From NCBI GenBank assembly GCA_039794085.1, contig JBDIWC010000017.1, positions 1-64,000 on the forward strand: a stretch of 64,000 bases of DNA, read 5' to 3'. The first letter of the stretch is position 1. Each line of letters opens with the position of its first letter. The position numbers and the translations under genes were made by a program. The DNA is from Gemmatimonadales bacterium. Lineage in GTDB: Bacteria > Gemmatimonadota > Gemmatimonadetes > Gemmatimonadales > GWC2-71-9. The notes beneath the pieces are model-generated. The model did no database searches. It saw nothing but the letters and a program-made list of their open reading frames with translations, and was not told the origin of the DNA. Positions 1 to 9,879 of this stretch are shown piece after piece.

Positions 1-95
1 GAAGGCCAGGTGTCGGGCCGCATCTGGTCTTGGGAGTAGGAACCCCGCAGACCGCGAGCATACCCGGGCAGTATCTGTGGCTCCGAGTGTGTAAG

Positions 96-123
96 CCTCT
101 TTGGTTCCGGCTCTGCCGGCTTA
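96..123. repeat. 28-bp dispersed repeat, copy 1 (exact reverse complement of 30009-30036)
   Basis: CCTCTTTGGTTCCGGCTCTGCCGGCTTA with internal CCGGC-TCT-GCCGG hairpin. Confidence 0.9.
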
Positions 124-209
124 GGACGTAGGACATAGAAGGTGGCGGACGACCTGGGTTGAAACCCTGAGTCCTCATCTACGTCCCAGGTTCTATGTCC
201 TACGTCCTA
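122..209. repeat. inverted pair of TAGGACR heptamer arrays (perfect 19-bp inverted repeat)
   Basis: TAGGACGTAGGACATAGAA (122-140) and TTCTATGTCCTACGTCCTA (191-209). Confidence 0.9.
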
Positions 210-497
210 CGTACTCACTTGCGTCCCCCCCCTCACCCCCCCCCCGGCCACCGCCACTCCTTCTCCCACCCGTTCCGGCCGGTCCTCGCCCGATTTTTCC
301 CGGAAGATGAAGTGCTCGGCCAGCAGCGTTTCGTAGCCGCGATGGGTCTGGATCCGGGTCAAGCGGTGCCCGAAGAGGTCGGTTCGGCGGGTCGTCACGC
401 CGGGAAAGATGGGGACGACTTCGTACCAGTGCTTGGGCTTGAGGTGGGGGTAGCGGAGGCGGTGTTCTTCACGGAGACAAGCTTGCTTGCTAGCCAT
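207..497 (-). CDS. small hypothetical protein
   Basis: ORF MASKQACLREEHRLRYPHLKP...LAEHFIFR with AGGA upstream of ATG 497; its stop TAG lies inside the heptamer array. Confidence 0.6.
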   Translation of the reverse strand: MASKQACLREEHRLRYPHLKPKHWYEVVPIFPGVTTRRTDLFGHRLTRIQTHRGYETLLAEHFIFREKSGEDRPERVGEGVAVAGGGVRGGTQVST

Positions 498-623
498 TGG
501 GACATTTCCTGTCAAAAAGTGATCAGGGGACAGGTATGCAGTGGAGTCCATACAATGGTGCAAAGGAAGGTTTTGCGCAAGTCCTAATATTCATGCAGTG
601 TCGTGATTATTGACAGTTGAAGC

Positions 624-1091
624 CTATCGGCGGAAAAGGTGGGCGAAGCGCCATTTGAAGTGCTGCTTCCGCCGAACCTGGCTGCCGGGGGGCACCCCGG
701 CACACCGGTGTGCCGCGTGACTGTCCCATCCCTCCGGCCACCTGTGGAATACCATCTCGTGACATGCCGGACACCGCACCCGGTGGCCGATAACCTGTCC
801 GGCGGTCAGCTCCTCCGCGTTGGTGATGGTGCCCGTCGCATCGGTTTGGGGGAGGAAGGAACCCTGTCGCAGAAGGTTGGCCGGGGCGAGGAGACCCCGG
901 ACTCCCTCATGGAGGACGGCGAGCAGGGTCGGGAGGGGGAGGTGAGGGTGCATCTCGCGGAACTGCTCGGGGGTCTCTCCCCGGGCCAGGGAATCGGCCA
1001 GGACCCGAACCGGGATGTCGGTGCCGGCCAGGACGGGGGTCCCGTCATCGAGTGTCCCGATTGCGCCCTGCGGGGTTGGCGTCCTCGGCAC
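624..1091 (-). CDS. DUF433-domain protein with C-terminal Cys/His (putative Zn-binding) domain
   Basis: GTPVLAGTDIPVRVLADSLARGETPEQFREMHPHL is DUF433-like; CPAC...H...C follows; GTG 1091 preceded by GGAG. Confidence 0.7.
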   Translation of the reverse strand: MPRTPTPQGAIGTLDDGTPVLAGTDIPVRVLADSLARGETPEQFREMHPHLPLPTLLAVLHEGVRGLLAPANLLRQGSFLPQTDATGTITNAEELTAGQVIGHRVRCPACHEMVFHRWPEGWDSHAAHRCAGVPPGSQVRRKQHFKWRFAHLFRR

Positions 1092-1191
1092 GGTGGGGCT
1101 CCATCTGTCGCGGGTGCGTTGACCCGGCCGGGGTCGCGCGGTAGACTCCTCCCGCGAGAACCCCTGCCGACCGTCACGATGGAACCTAGCG

Positions 1192-2487
1192 ATGCCGAAC
1201 GTACATGTCAGTAGTCTGGGCCAATGGACCGACCAGGTGGTCACCGTACCTGGGTGGGTCATGACCACCCGGTCGAGCGGGAAGATCGCCTTTCTCGTCC
1301 TCCGGGATGGAACCGGCTACCTCCAGGCGGTGATTCCGAAACGGGAGGTGACCGAGGAGGTCTGGGCCCGGTTCGGCACCCTCACCCAGGAATCGTCCGT
1401 GGCGGTGACGGGGACGGTGCGCGCCGAAGACCGCGCCCCCGGGGGGTACGAGCTGCTGGTGACCGGCCTGGAAATCCTCGGGACCTCGGTGGACTATCCG
1501 ATCACCCCCAAGGAGCATGGGTCGACGTTCCTGTTCGAACACCGCCACCTCTGGCTCCGCAGCCGCCGGCAGGTGGCCATCGCCCGGGTGCGACATGAGG
1601 TGGTCCAGGCGATTCGCGATTTCTTCTACCAGCGTGGATTCACGCTTGTCGACACACCCATCCTGACCGGGTCCATCGGGGAGGAGGCGGGGAATCTCTT
1701 CGCCACTCCGTATTTCGACCTGGGCACGGCATACCTGGCCCAGACCGGTCAGCTTTATCTCGAGGCCGCCGCCGCCGCCCTCGGCAAGGTCTACTGTTTC
1801 GGTCCCACCTTTCGAGCCGAAAAGTCGAAGACCCGTCGCCATCTCACGGAGTTCTGGATGGTGGAGCCGGAGGTGGCCTTTGCCGACTCCAACGATAACA
1901 TGCAGCTGCAGGAGGACTTCCTCTGTCACATCGTGGGGTGGGTGCTGGACCGGTGCCGGCCCTCACTCGCCGAACTGGACCGCGACCTGGCTCCCCTGGA
2001 ACGGATCGTTCCCCCCTTCCCGCGCCTCAGCTACACCGAGGCGATCGAGCGACTGCGATCCGATGGCTCCGACATCACCTGGGGACGGGATCTTGGCGCC
2101 GATGACGAGACCCGTCTGGCCAGCGCCTTCGATCGTCCGGTGATGGTGTACAACTATCCTCGCGAGGTGAAGGCCTTCTACATGAAGGAGAACCCCGACG
2201 ACCCCCGGACCGTGCTGAACAACGATTGCCTGGCCCCGGAAGGGTACGGGGAGGTCATTGGAGGGTCACAGCGAGAGGACGACCCCGACCGCCTTCTGCA
2301 GCGCATTCTCGACCAGAAACTCGATCCCGAGGCGTATCGCTGGTACCTCGACCTGCGGCGCTACGGCACCTTCGTGCACTCGGGGTTCGGCCTGGGGGTG
2401 GAACGAACCGTGGCCTGGATGTGCGGCATTCCCCACATCCGGGAGGCCATCGCCTTCCCGCGCCAGCTTCACCGTCTCTACCCCTGA
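1192..2487 (+). CDS. asnS: asparagine--tRNA ligase
   Basis: OB-fold N-terminus, FRAEKSKTRRHLTEFWMVE motif 2, GEVIGGSQRE, GFGLGVER motif 3. Confidence 0.95.
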   Translation: MPNVHVSSLGQWTDQVVTVPGWVMTTRSSGKIAFLVLRDGTGYLQAVIPKREVTEEVWARFGTLTQESSVAVTGTVRAEDRAPGGYELLVTGLEILGTSVDYPITPKEHGSTFLFEHRHLWLRSRRQVAIARVRHEVVQAIRDFFYQRGFTLVDTPILTGSIGEEAGNLFATPYFDLGTAYLAQTGQLYLEAAAAALGKVYCFGPTFRAEKSKTRRHLTEFWMVEPEVAFADSNDNMQLQEDFLCHIVGWVLDRCRPSLAELDRDLAPLERIVPPFPRLSYTEAIERLRSDGSDITWGRDLGADDETRLASAFDRPVMVYNYPREVKAFYMKENPDDPRTVLNNDCLAPEGYGEVIGGSQREDDPDRLLQRILDQKLDPEAYRWYLDLRRYGTFVHSGFGLGVERTVAWMCGIPHIREAIAFPRQLHRLYP

Positions 2488-2497
2488 ACGAAGGGTG

Positions 2498-4771
2498 ATG
2501 ACTCCTTCCCTCACGGATCGACTCAAGGCGGATCTCTCCGATCGATACACCATTGGCCCCGTGCTCGGCGAGGGGGGGATGGCGATCGTCTACCGGGCGG
2601 ACGACCTTCGCCACCGGCGACCGGTGGCCCTCAAGGTCTTCCGCCCCGAGCTGGCCCGGTCGCTGGGCCCCGATCGGTTTCTGTCGGAGATCCGGATCGC
2701 CGCGAACCTGGTGCATCCCCACATTCTTCCCCTGCACGATTCGGGTGATGCCGGCGGACTCCTCTATTATGTGATGCCCCTCATCGAAGGGGAAACCCTG
2801 CGGGCCCGCCTCGAACGGGAGCGCCGCTGCCGTCCGGTCGAGGCGCTTCCGCTCGCCGCCGCCGTCGCCTCGGCGCTGGCGTATGCCCATGGCCGCGGGG
2901 TGGTGCATCGCGACATCAAGCCCGAGAACATCCTTCTGGCCGGAACGGAGCCGATGGTCGCCGATTTCGGCATCGCGCTTGCCCTGCATGAGGCCGCCCC
3001 GCCCCGGGTGACCCTCGCGGGGATGACCGTCGGGACGGTGGAGTACATGAGCCCGGAGCAGGCCACCGGCGAGGCCACGGTCGACGGCCGAAGCGATGTC
3101 TACAGTCTCGCCGCGGTTCTCTTCGAGATGCTCTCCGGAGTCACCCCCTTTGGCGGGGGAAACCCGATGGCGGTGACCGCGAGAAAACTGAGCGGGATGC
3201 CGCCCGATCACTCGGTCCTCCCGGTCCTTCCCCCCGGCATCAAGGAAGTGATCCTGCGTGCCCTCGCCTGGAGTCCCGCCGACCGCTTTGCCACAGCCGC
3301 GGAGTTTGCCGAGGCCCTGCAGGTGCCGGCGGGGTATCACACGGCCCTCGGTGTCGCCCCGGCCGTGGCCCCCGTCGCGGGGCCGGTGTCGCTCGCGGTG
3401 CGACCCTTCGCCATGAGTGGTCTGCCACCGGATCAGGCCCTGCTCGGCGATGGCCTCGCCGAGGAACTCATCCTCGAACTGGGCCACCTTCCCGGTCTCC
3501 GGGTCGTGGCCCGGAGTTCCAGCTTCGCCCCGGACCTTCCGGGAGACGCGCAGGCCGCGGGCCGGGCATTGGGGGTATCCAGTGTTCTGGAAGGGAGCGT
3601 CCGATGTGCCGGGGACCGGGTGCGCGTCACCATCCGACTCGTGACGGTGCACGACGGCACCCAACTCTGGGCCGGACGATACGAGCACGCCCTGGGGGAC
3701 ATCTTCGCCTTGCAGGATGACATTGCGGGTGAGGCGGTGCCGCAATTGGGGAAGGTGCTGCGACCCGGTATGCCCACCGCCATCGTTCTCCCGGTGGTGC
3801 GCACCGAAGGAACCGCCTATTCCCTGCTGCTGCAGGGGCGCCAGTCCTGCGCTCTCCGCACGGAGGAGGGCCTCGCTCGGGGGGTGGAGTTGCTGGAGAA
3901 GGCGGTACAGGCCGATCCCCGCTTCGCCGAGGCCCGGGCGGAGCTCGCCGCGGGTTTGATGACGCTCGGCGTCTACGGTCTGCGCGCTCCGGATGACGTG
4001 ATGCCCCGCGCGGCGGCGGCGGCGGCGGAGGTTCTCGCGCGCGATCCTGGTGCTCCGGGGGCTCTCACCGTGCAGGCCTGCGTCCAGGCGCTCTTCCAGT
4101 GGGATTGGCACGGGGCCCTCACGGCGTTCCGCACCATTCTGACGACCTCTCCGAACCAGGTGGCCACCCGCTACCTCCTGGCCATGAACTGCCTCGCCCC
4201 CCTCGGTCGGTTCGGTGAGGCGCGGGAGGAGATCCTCCGCGCGGCGGCGCTCGATCCGGTGGCCCCCACCGTGCATGTGAGCCGGGCTCTCCTCGAGTAT
4301 TTCGAGGGAGACCATTCTCGCGCCCTCGACGCCTGCCGCAGGGCTCTCCAGGTGGCGCCCGAGTTTCCTCTGGCCCTCTATGTGAAGGGACAGGTCCTCG
4401 ACGCCGAAGGCGAATGGACGGACGCGCGAGCGGCCCTCGAGGACGCCGCGCGGTTGGGAGGAAGAGCCCCCGAGGTGCTGGCCGCCCTGGGCCATGCCGA
4501 GGCCCGGGCCGGAAACCAGGACCGCGCCCGGGCCCTGGCCGCCGAGCTGGCCGCCGCGCGGGCGGCGCGGTTCGTCTCTCCGGTGGGCGACGCAACCATT
4601 GCCCTGGCCCTGGGGGAGAGGGACCGGGCGGTGGCGTTCCTCCGCACGGCCATCACCGAGCGGGCGACCGACCTCGCCTGGCTCGGCGTCCGGCCGGTGT
4701 TCACCCCCCTGAGGGACCACCCTGCGTGGCCGGGACTCCTCGCTTCGGTCGGGTTGGGGGGACCGGACTGA
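2498..4771 (+). CDS. Hanks-type Ser/Thr protein kinase with TolB-N-like and TPR domains
   Basis: LGEGGMAIVY, VALK, HRDIKPEN, DFG, YMSPEQ; LAVRPF...LEGSVR module; TPR-like C-terminus. Confidence 0.93.
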   Translation: MTPSLTDRLKADLSDRYTIGPVLGEGGMAIVYRADDLRHRRPVALKVFRPELARSLGPDRFLSEIRIAANLVHPHILPLHDSGDAGGLLYYVMPLIEGETLRARLERERRCRPVEALPLAAAVASALAYAHGRGVVHRDIKPENILLAGTEPMVADFGIALALHEAAPPRVTLAGMTVGTVEYMSPEQATGEATVDGRSDVYSLAAVLFEMLSGVTPFGGGNPMAVTARKLSGMPPDHSVLPVLPPGIKEVILRALAWSPADRFATAAEFAEALQVPAGYHTALGVAPAVAPVAGPVSLAVRPFAMSGLPPDQALLGDGLAEELILELGHLPGLRVVARSSSFAPDLPGDAQAAGRALGVSSVLEGSVRCAGDRVRVTIRLVTVHDGTQLWAGRYEHALGDIFALQDDIAGEAVPQLGKVLRPGMPTAIVLPVVRTEGTAYSLLLQGRQSCALRTEEGLARGVELLEKAVQADPRFAEARAELAAGLMTLGVYGLRAPDDVMPRAAAAAAEVLARDPGAPGALTVQACVQALFQWDWHGALTAFRTILTTSPNQVATRYLLAMNCLAPLGRFGEAREEILRAAALDPVAPTVHVSRALLEYFEGDHSRALDACRRALQVAPEFPLALYVKGQVLDAEGEWTDARAALEDAARLGGRAPEVLAALGHAEARAGNQDRARALAAELAAARAARFVSPVGDATIALALGERDRAVAFLRTAITERATDLAWLGVRPVFTPLRDHPAWPGLLASVGLGGPD

Positions 4772-4804
4772 ACCTGAAAGCAGTCCCCCTTGCCTCATTC
4801 CGGA

Positions 4805-5740
4805 ATGGCGCCTAGCATCCTCTGCCTTCATCATGTGACCGCCACCGTTGCGGAGGCGGTTCCCGACCTGCGGTGGTACCGGGACCTGCTGGGTCTCCGT
4901 CTCGTCAAGCGCACGGTCAACTTCGACAACCCCGCGGTCCACCACTTCTACTATGGGAATCGCGCCGGCAGTCCGGGATCGGTCTTCACCACGTTCCCGT
5001 ACGCAGGTCAAGGGGTCAGGGCCGGCACTCGCGGGGCGGGACAGATCGAGTCCACCCGGTTCTCGGTTCCGGCGGGTGCTCTGCCGTTCTGGAAGGAGCG
5101 CCTGGGGGAGGCGGGAGTGGCCGTCTCCCCGAATCGCTTCCTCGGCGAGGAATCGCTGCGGTTTCAGGACCCCGCCGGTCTCATCCTCACCCTGGTGGCA
5201 AATGCTGGTGACGCGCGCCCCGCCTGGACCGGCGAGGTCGACCCGGTGGCGGCCATCCAGGGCCTCCACAGTGTCGTCCTCCCCGTGCGGGATCCCGATG
5301 CCTCTCTTCGGTTTCTGGTGGAGGTCCTCGGCGGGGTGGCTGTTCCGGGTGACCAGGGAGCCACGCGGGTCCATGTGGGTGCAGACCGGCCTGGTCACTG
5401 GGTCGATGTTGTCCCTGCGGGCGACCATCCCGAGGGTGTGAACGGTATCGGGACCGTGCACCACGTGGCCTTTGCCGTGTCCACCCCTGCCGAACAGGTT
5501 GCCGTGCGGGAGGAGTTGCTGCGGCGGGGTGTGAAGGTGACCGAGGTGCTGGACCGGAAGTACTTCCAGTCGATCTACTTCCGGGAACCGGGAGGGATTC
5601 TCTACGAAGTGGCGACCACGGGCCCTGGTTTCACGGTGGACGAGCCGGTGGAGACGCTGGGGAGCACCCTCTGCCTCCCTTCCTGGTTGGAGGACAGGAG
5701 GGAGGAGATCCGCGAGGCGCTGGTGGAGACCTCAGGATGA
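4805..5740 (+). CDS. VOC/glyoxalase-family ring-cleaving dioxygenase (MhqO-like)
   Basis: LHHVT, KRTVNFD, GTVHHVAF, DRKYFQSIYFREPGGILYEVAT. Confidence 0.9.
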   Translation: MAPSILCLHHVTATVAEAVPDLRWYRDLLGLRLVKRTVNFDNPAVHHFYYGNRAGSPGSVFTTFPYAGQGVRAGTRGAGQIESTRFSVPAGALPFWKERLGEAGVAVSPNRFLGEESLRFQDPAGLILTLVANAGDARPAWTGEVDPVAAIQGLHSVVLPVRDPDASLRFLVEVLGGVAVPGDQGATRVHVGADRPGHWVDVVPAGDHPEGVNGIGTVHHVAFAVSTPAEQVAVREELLRRGVKVTEVLDRKYFQSIYFREPGGILYEVATTGPGFTVDEPVETLGSTLCLPSWLEDRREEIREALVETSG

Positions 5741-5784
5741 CAATCGGCGCGCAGGGCTTGTCAGGGACACTCCTGGGCGCCGGC

Positions 5785-5922
5785 ATCCCCGTGCCGCCCG
5801 CGGTCCACGCCGCCTGTGAGATGCTGGGGCTCGATCCGCTCTACGTGGCCGATGAGGGCGTTCTGGTGGCTCCTGTGCCGGCGGGAAGGGTCGAGGAGCT
5901 CTTAGACGCGTTGCGCGGCCAC
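5785..5922 (+). pseudogene. hypE: internal fragment of hydrogenase maturation protein HypE
   Basis: IPVPPAVHAACEMLGLDPLYVADEGVLV resembles the HypE ACELLGLDPLYVANEG motif; rest of gene absent. Confidence 0.7.
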
Positions 5923-6069
5923 GCAGGGATCTCCATTCCACGCAGCATGACGAGTCTCAAGACAAAGTTGCGCGGAACGCAGGGACGCGATGTGCATGGA
6001 GGCCACCGGTTCCCACTCACACCGTGAAGGGAAACCGGAAGGGCTCACACGAAGGCCCGTAGGGCTCGG

Positions 6070-8583
6070 CTACCGGTGAATCACGATGGTGCCTCCGCCG
6101 AGGGTCGTGGCCGCGTCCGAGTCATCAAACTGGCCCATCTGGTTGTCGTACACGATCTCGCCTGTGGCGACGTTCCAGAGCTTGATCCTGAAGCGGTCCG
6201 TTCCGCCGCCCCCCGGGATCGCTCCGTCGATCGCGGTGAGGAGGAATCCGTAGACAGCAGGGTCGGCGTCAATTGCGCCTTCGCCCTTGAACTGCGCACG
6301 GGCCCCGGCGACGACGAGCCACTGATAGTCGGTGCTCTGGAACGCCAGGCCCCCTGCCTTGAACTGGAATGCGGTGTGGCCGCTTGGTGTCGTGGCGCCC
6401 TTCTGGTAGCGCGAGACGAAACCGAACGACGCCTTGCCGGTGGTGCTGCCGTCCGTGGCGCAGCCGCTCCAGAGGCAGGCACCCGTCGGCGAATCGATCC
6501 AGCCGCCCCCGGTCACGAAGCCGCCCGACGGGTCATAGACCACGATGTATGCCGGTCGATCGTTGCTGCTCACACGCGACCCATTCAGATCGCCGTCGTT
6601 TGTCGTGGCAAGCACGGTGTAGACGCCTGGCACAGTGTAGATGTGCGAGGCGCCGAACGTACCCGAGCCACTGGCTTCCGTGACGACGGCAGCGGACGTC
6701 GTGCCGTCGTTCCAGTCGAAGGTAGCGGTGTGCGCATCGTTCGGATTGGCGTCCGTGAACGAGGCCGTCACGGTCACGGTCGTTCCGACCGGGACGGGTC
6801 CATCCGGGAGCGTGATCGTTGTCACGACCGGGGCGGAGTTCTCCTCGGTCCCGGGGATGAAGCTCGTGTTGGCCGGACTGCCCCAGCATTCGATGGTATG
6901 GTCCGACTTCACCGCACATGATTGATTCTCCTTCGCCTCCAGGTGAACCACGGTGCCCAGATCCGCTGGCACGTTGGTCTGTCCAAAGAAGTTGCCTCCC
7001 CAGCAGGTGACGCTGCCCTCGCTCTTGCGGGCGCAGGTGTGAAATCCTCCGGCGCTCACCTGGGTCGCGCCGCCCAGCGCTGCCGGCACGGTCGCCTGAT
7101 CAAAATTGTTCCTCCCCCAGCAGGCGATGCTTCCCTCGCTCGTGAGCGCGCACGTGTGGTTTCCGCCGGCGCTCACCTGGGTCGCGCTGCCCAGCGTCGC
7201 CGGCACGGTGGTCTGCCCAAAGAAGTTGTCTCCCCAGCATGCGACGCTTCCATCGCTCGTGAGCGCGCACGTGTGGTCTGCGCCGGCGCTCACCTGGGTC
7301 GCGCTACCCAGAGTTGTCGGCACCCTTGCCTGATCAGAATTGCTCCTCCCCCAGCAGGCGACGCTTCCAGCGCTCGTGAGCGCGCAGGTGTGAAACCCTC
7401 CGGCGCTCACCTGGGTCGCGCTGCCCAGCGTCGCCGGCACGTTGGTCTGCCCAAGATGGTTTTGTCCCCAGCAGGCGACGCTGCCCTCGCTCGTGAGCGC
7501 GCACGTGTGGTTTCCTCCGGCGCTCACCTGGGTCGCGCTGCCCAGCGTCGCCGGCACGGTGGTCTGCCCAAAGAGGTTTACTCCCCAGCAAACCACGCCG
7601 CCGTCGGTGTCAAGCGCGCATGTGTGGAAAAAGCCCGGACTGATACTGGCAAAGGACCCCTCGACAGGTTCCCCATCGAACGCGCCGAAGCAGGTAATGC
7701 CACCACTGGATCTGAGCGCGCATGTGTGAGTTCCTCCGGCGCTCACCTGGGTCGCGTTGCCCAGCGTGGCGGGCACTGTCGTCTGGCCAGAACGGTTGTT
7801 GCCCCAGCAGGCGACGCTGCCCTCGCTCGCGAGCGCGCACGTGTGGTCTCCTCCGGCGCTCACCTGGATTGCGCTGCCCAGCGTCGCCGGCACGGTGGTC
7901 TGGCCAAAACTGTTGTCGCCCCAGCAGGCGACGCTGCCCTCGCTCGTGAGCGCGCACGTGTGGGTTCTTCCGGCGCTCACCTGGGACGCGCTACCCAGCG
8001 TCGTCGGCACGGTGGTCTGCCCAAAATAGTTATCCCCCCAGCAGACGACGCTGCCCTCGCTCGTAAGCGCGCAGGTGTGATCTTCTCCTGCGCTTACCTG
8101 GGTCGCGCTGCCCAGCGCGGCGGGCACTGTCGTCTGATCAAGATTGTTCCTCCCCCAACAGGCGACGCTTCCATCGCTCGTGAGCGTGCAAGTGTGGGTT
8201 CCTCCGGCGCTCACCTGGGTCGCGCTACCCAGCGCTGACGGCACGTTGGTCTGCCCAAAGAAGTTGTCTCCCCAGCAGGCGACGCTGCCATCGCTCTTCA
8301 GCACGCAGGTGTGATTGCCTCCGACACTCACCTGCGTCGCACTGCCCAGTGCTGTCGGCACCGTTGCGTGGCCCAAACCCCAGCAGGCCACCTTGCCGTC
8401 CGAACCAATGGCGCACGAATGATTACGTCCCGCGTCGATGGATGCCGTCGGCCCTGCCAGCGCAAACACCGGCTGGGTGGCCGATGACGATTCCGGCTCA
8501 ACCGGTATGTTCTGGCAGCCGACCAGCCCTGCCGTGAAGAACAGCAGAACCGCCCGTATGCCATCCGCCATGTGGTGCCGCAT
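6070..8583 (-). CDS. lipoprotein with 14 RCC1-like repeats, PKD domain and C-terminal beta-domain
   Basis: lipobox LVGC; repeats VSAGxxHTCAL...VACWG; FDWNDG...HIYTVPGVY PKD motif; GFVTGGGWI tail. Confidence 0.9.
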   Translation of the reverse strand: MRHHMADGIRAVLLFFTAGLVGCQNIPVEPESSSATQPVFALAGPTASIDAGRNHSCAIGSDGKVACWGLGHATVPTALGSATQVSVGGNHTCVLKSDGSVACWGDNFFGQTNVPSALGSATQVSAGGTHTCTLTSDGSVACWGRNNLDQTTVPAALGSATQVSAGEDHTCALTSEGSVVCWGDNYFGQTTVPTTLGSASQVSAGRTHTCALTSEGSVACWGDNSFGQTTVPATLGSAIQVSAGGDHTCALASEGSVACWGNNRSGQTTVPATLGNATQVSAGGTHTCALRSSGGITCFGAFDGEPVEGSFASISPGFFHTCALDTDGGVVCWGVNLFGQTTVPATLGSATQVSAGGNHTCALTSEGSVACWGQNHLGQTNVPATLGSATQVSAGGFHTCALTSAGSVACWGRSNSDQARVPTTLGSATQVSAGADHTCALTSDGSVACWGDNFFGQTTVPATLGSATQVSAGGNHTCALTSEGSIACWGRNNFDQATVPAALGGATQVSAGGFHTCARKSEGSVTCWGGNFFGQTNVPADLGTVVHLEAKENQSCAVKSDHTIECWGSPANTSFIPGTEENSAPVVTTITLPDGPVPVGTTVTVTASFTDANPNDAHTATFDWNDGTTSAAVVTEASGSGTFGASHIYTVPGVYTVLATTNDGDLNGSRVSSNDRPAYIVVYDPSGGFVTGGGWIDSPTGACLWSGCATDGSTTGKASFGFVSRYQKGATTPSGHTAFQFKAGGLAFQSTDYQWLVVAGARAQFKGEGAIDADPAVYGFLLTAIDGAIPGGGGTDRFRIKLWNVATGEIVYDNQMGQFDDSDAATTLGGGTIVIHR
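6890..8440 (-). repeat. 117-bp (39 aa) intragenic tandem repeats
   Basis: GGCGCTCACCTGGGTCGCG recurs at 7051, 7168, 7285, 7402, 7519, and again at 117-bp spacing from 7738. Confidence 0.95.
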
Positions 8584-8907
8584 TTGTGGACCTCGCCGTT
8601 GGGGTATACCTGTTCGTGGATGGGCAAGAAGCGCGTTGTGCCGCCCAGGTGCCGATGGCGCATCAGCGCTGCATATCTTGTGGGTCGCTGGTCACAAGAG
8701 TGCCACTGGTGATCGGGTGATCTGCTCCTTTTGCAAGCCCGTATCCTGCCCCCCCGGTTATCGATGTTCGGAGGAATGCGATGCCCCGTGACTCCGACTG
8801 TTGCACTGCCAACGTGATGTCAGGCCGCATTCGGCAAATGCGTGCTCAGTTAGGCGCGGGGGACCTCCAGAGCCGTTGCGGGTGATCGCCCGGGTCGGGC
8901 GGAGGCC

Positions 8908-9771
8908 TTGGATCGCCTGACCACGCTGGTGCCGGAGTCGTTCTGGGTCGCCTTCGCGGTGGCCGAGGCCTTGGATCAGAAATCCCCCCGCGCGGCTCTG
9001 CGGCACCTGGCTCGCCTGGGCCCGGACCGCGTCTGGTACGGACGACCGTGGGGCAACTACTTTCGTGCCTCCGCGGCGGCGCATCACATGCTGGGAGACT
9101 ACCAGTCCGAACGTGACCTTCTGCGGGAGTGGCGCGGTCGCGAGGACCTGCCGCCACCGCCTCCGGTCCTGGAAGTGAGAGCCCTGGCCGGGTTGGGGCG
9201 AACCGCCGAACTCTCCCGGCTCGTCAATCGCCTCGTCGCCGACGAACGCGGGCCCCTGCCTCTCGGCCTGGCTGACGAGTTGGCCGGGCACGGGTATGAT
9301 TCCCTGGCCCGCCGCGTGCACGGGCAACGGCTGGCGGCGCTCAGCGTCTCTGACACCGGCGACGAGGCCGACCCGAACCCGGACATGGCCCTCGTCCGCA
9401 CTTTGATGCGTCTGGGGCGTCTCGACGAGGGCCGTCTGGTGGTGGAGCGGCTTCTTCAATCTCCCGGGGACTTGGAGGGGGTGCTTCGCGGAGACCTGGG
9501 ACGCATCGCCGGTCTGCAGGGTGATGTGGCCACGGCGCGGGCCCAGGCGGACTGGTTCGCGAGGTGGGAGACCCGGCATACCGGGGGGTGGTTCACCGCC
9601 AAGCGCGCCCAGATCGCGGCTGCCTTGGGGGACCGGGAGGAGCTGCTTCGCCTCATGGCTCAGGCGGAGCAGGAAGGGTGGGTCTGGGCCCATGAGCAAC
9701 AGTTCTCGCCGGAGTACGCCATTTTTCAGACCGACCCGGGCTTCCTGGCGTTCTTCCAGCCCCGGGGTTGA
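8908..9771 (+). pseudogene. C-terminal TPR-like fragment, probably of a kinase-TPR protein
   Basis: helical-repeat sequence ending DPGFLAFFQPRG; only a TTG start and no N-terminal domain. Confidence 0.5.
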
Positions 9772-9879
9772 TCACGGGGTTTTGATCTCGCCAGACCATG
9801 CTCGGCCATGCTCAGCAGCCGGTTCGCATCTGGGCGCTCGCCCGACCGCGATCACCCCTGGGCAGGCGTGGAAGGGCCG

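Noticed and set aside
2255..5464. 1069-aa minus-strand ORF and similar long antisense ORFs (14702-16708, 33071-35050, 47784-49835, 55383-57272, 59919-62579)
   Set aside because: Shadow frames of well-supported genes in high-GC DNA with no recognisable motifs
6890..8440. 117-bp repeats with variable inserts as a CRISPR array or DGR target
   Set aside because: They are in-frame protein repeats; no cas genes, reverse transcriptase or non-coding template repeat in the window
9772..9830. Short minus-strand peptide DANRLLSMAEHGLARSKPR resembling a GGDEF tail
   Set aside because: Too short to support
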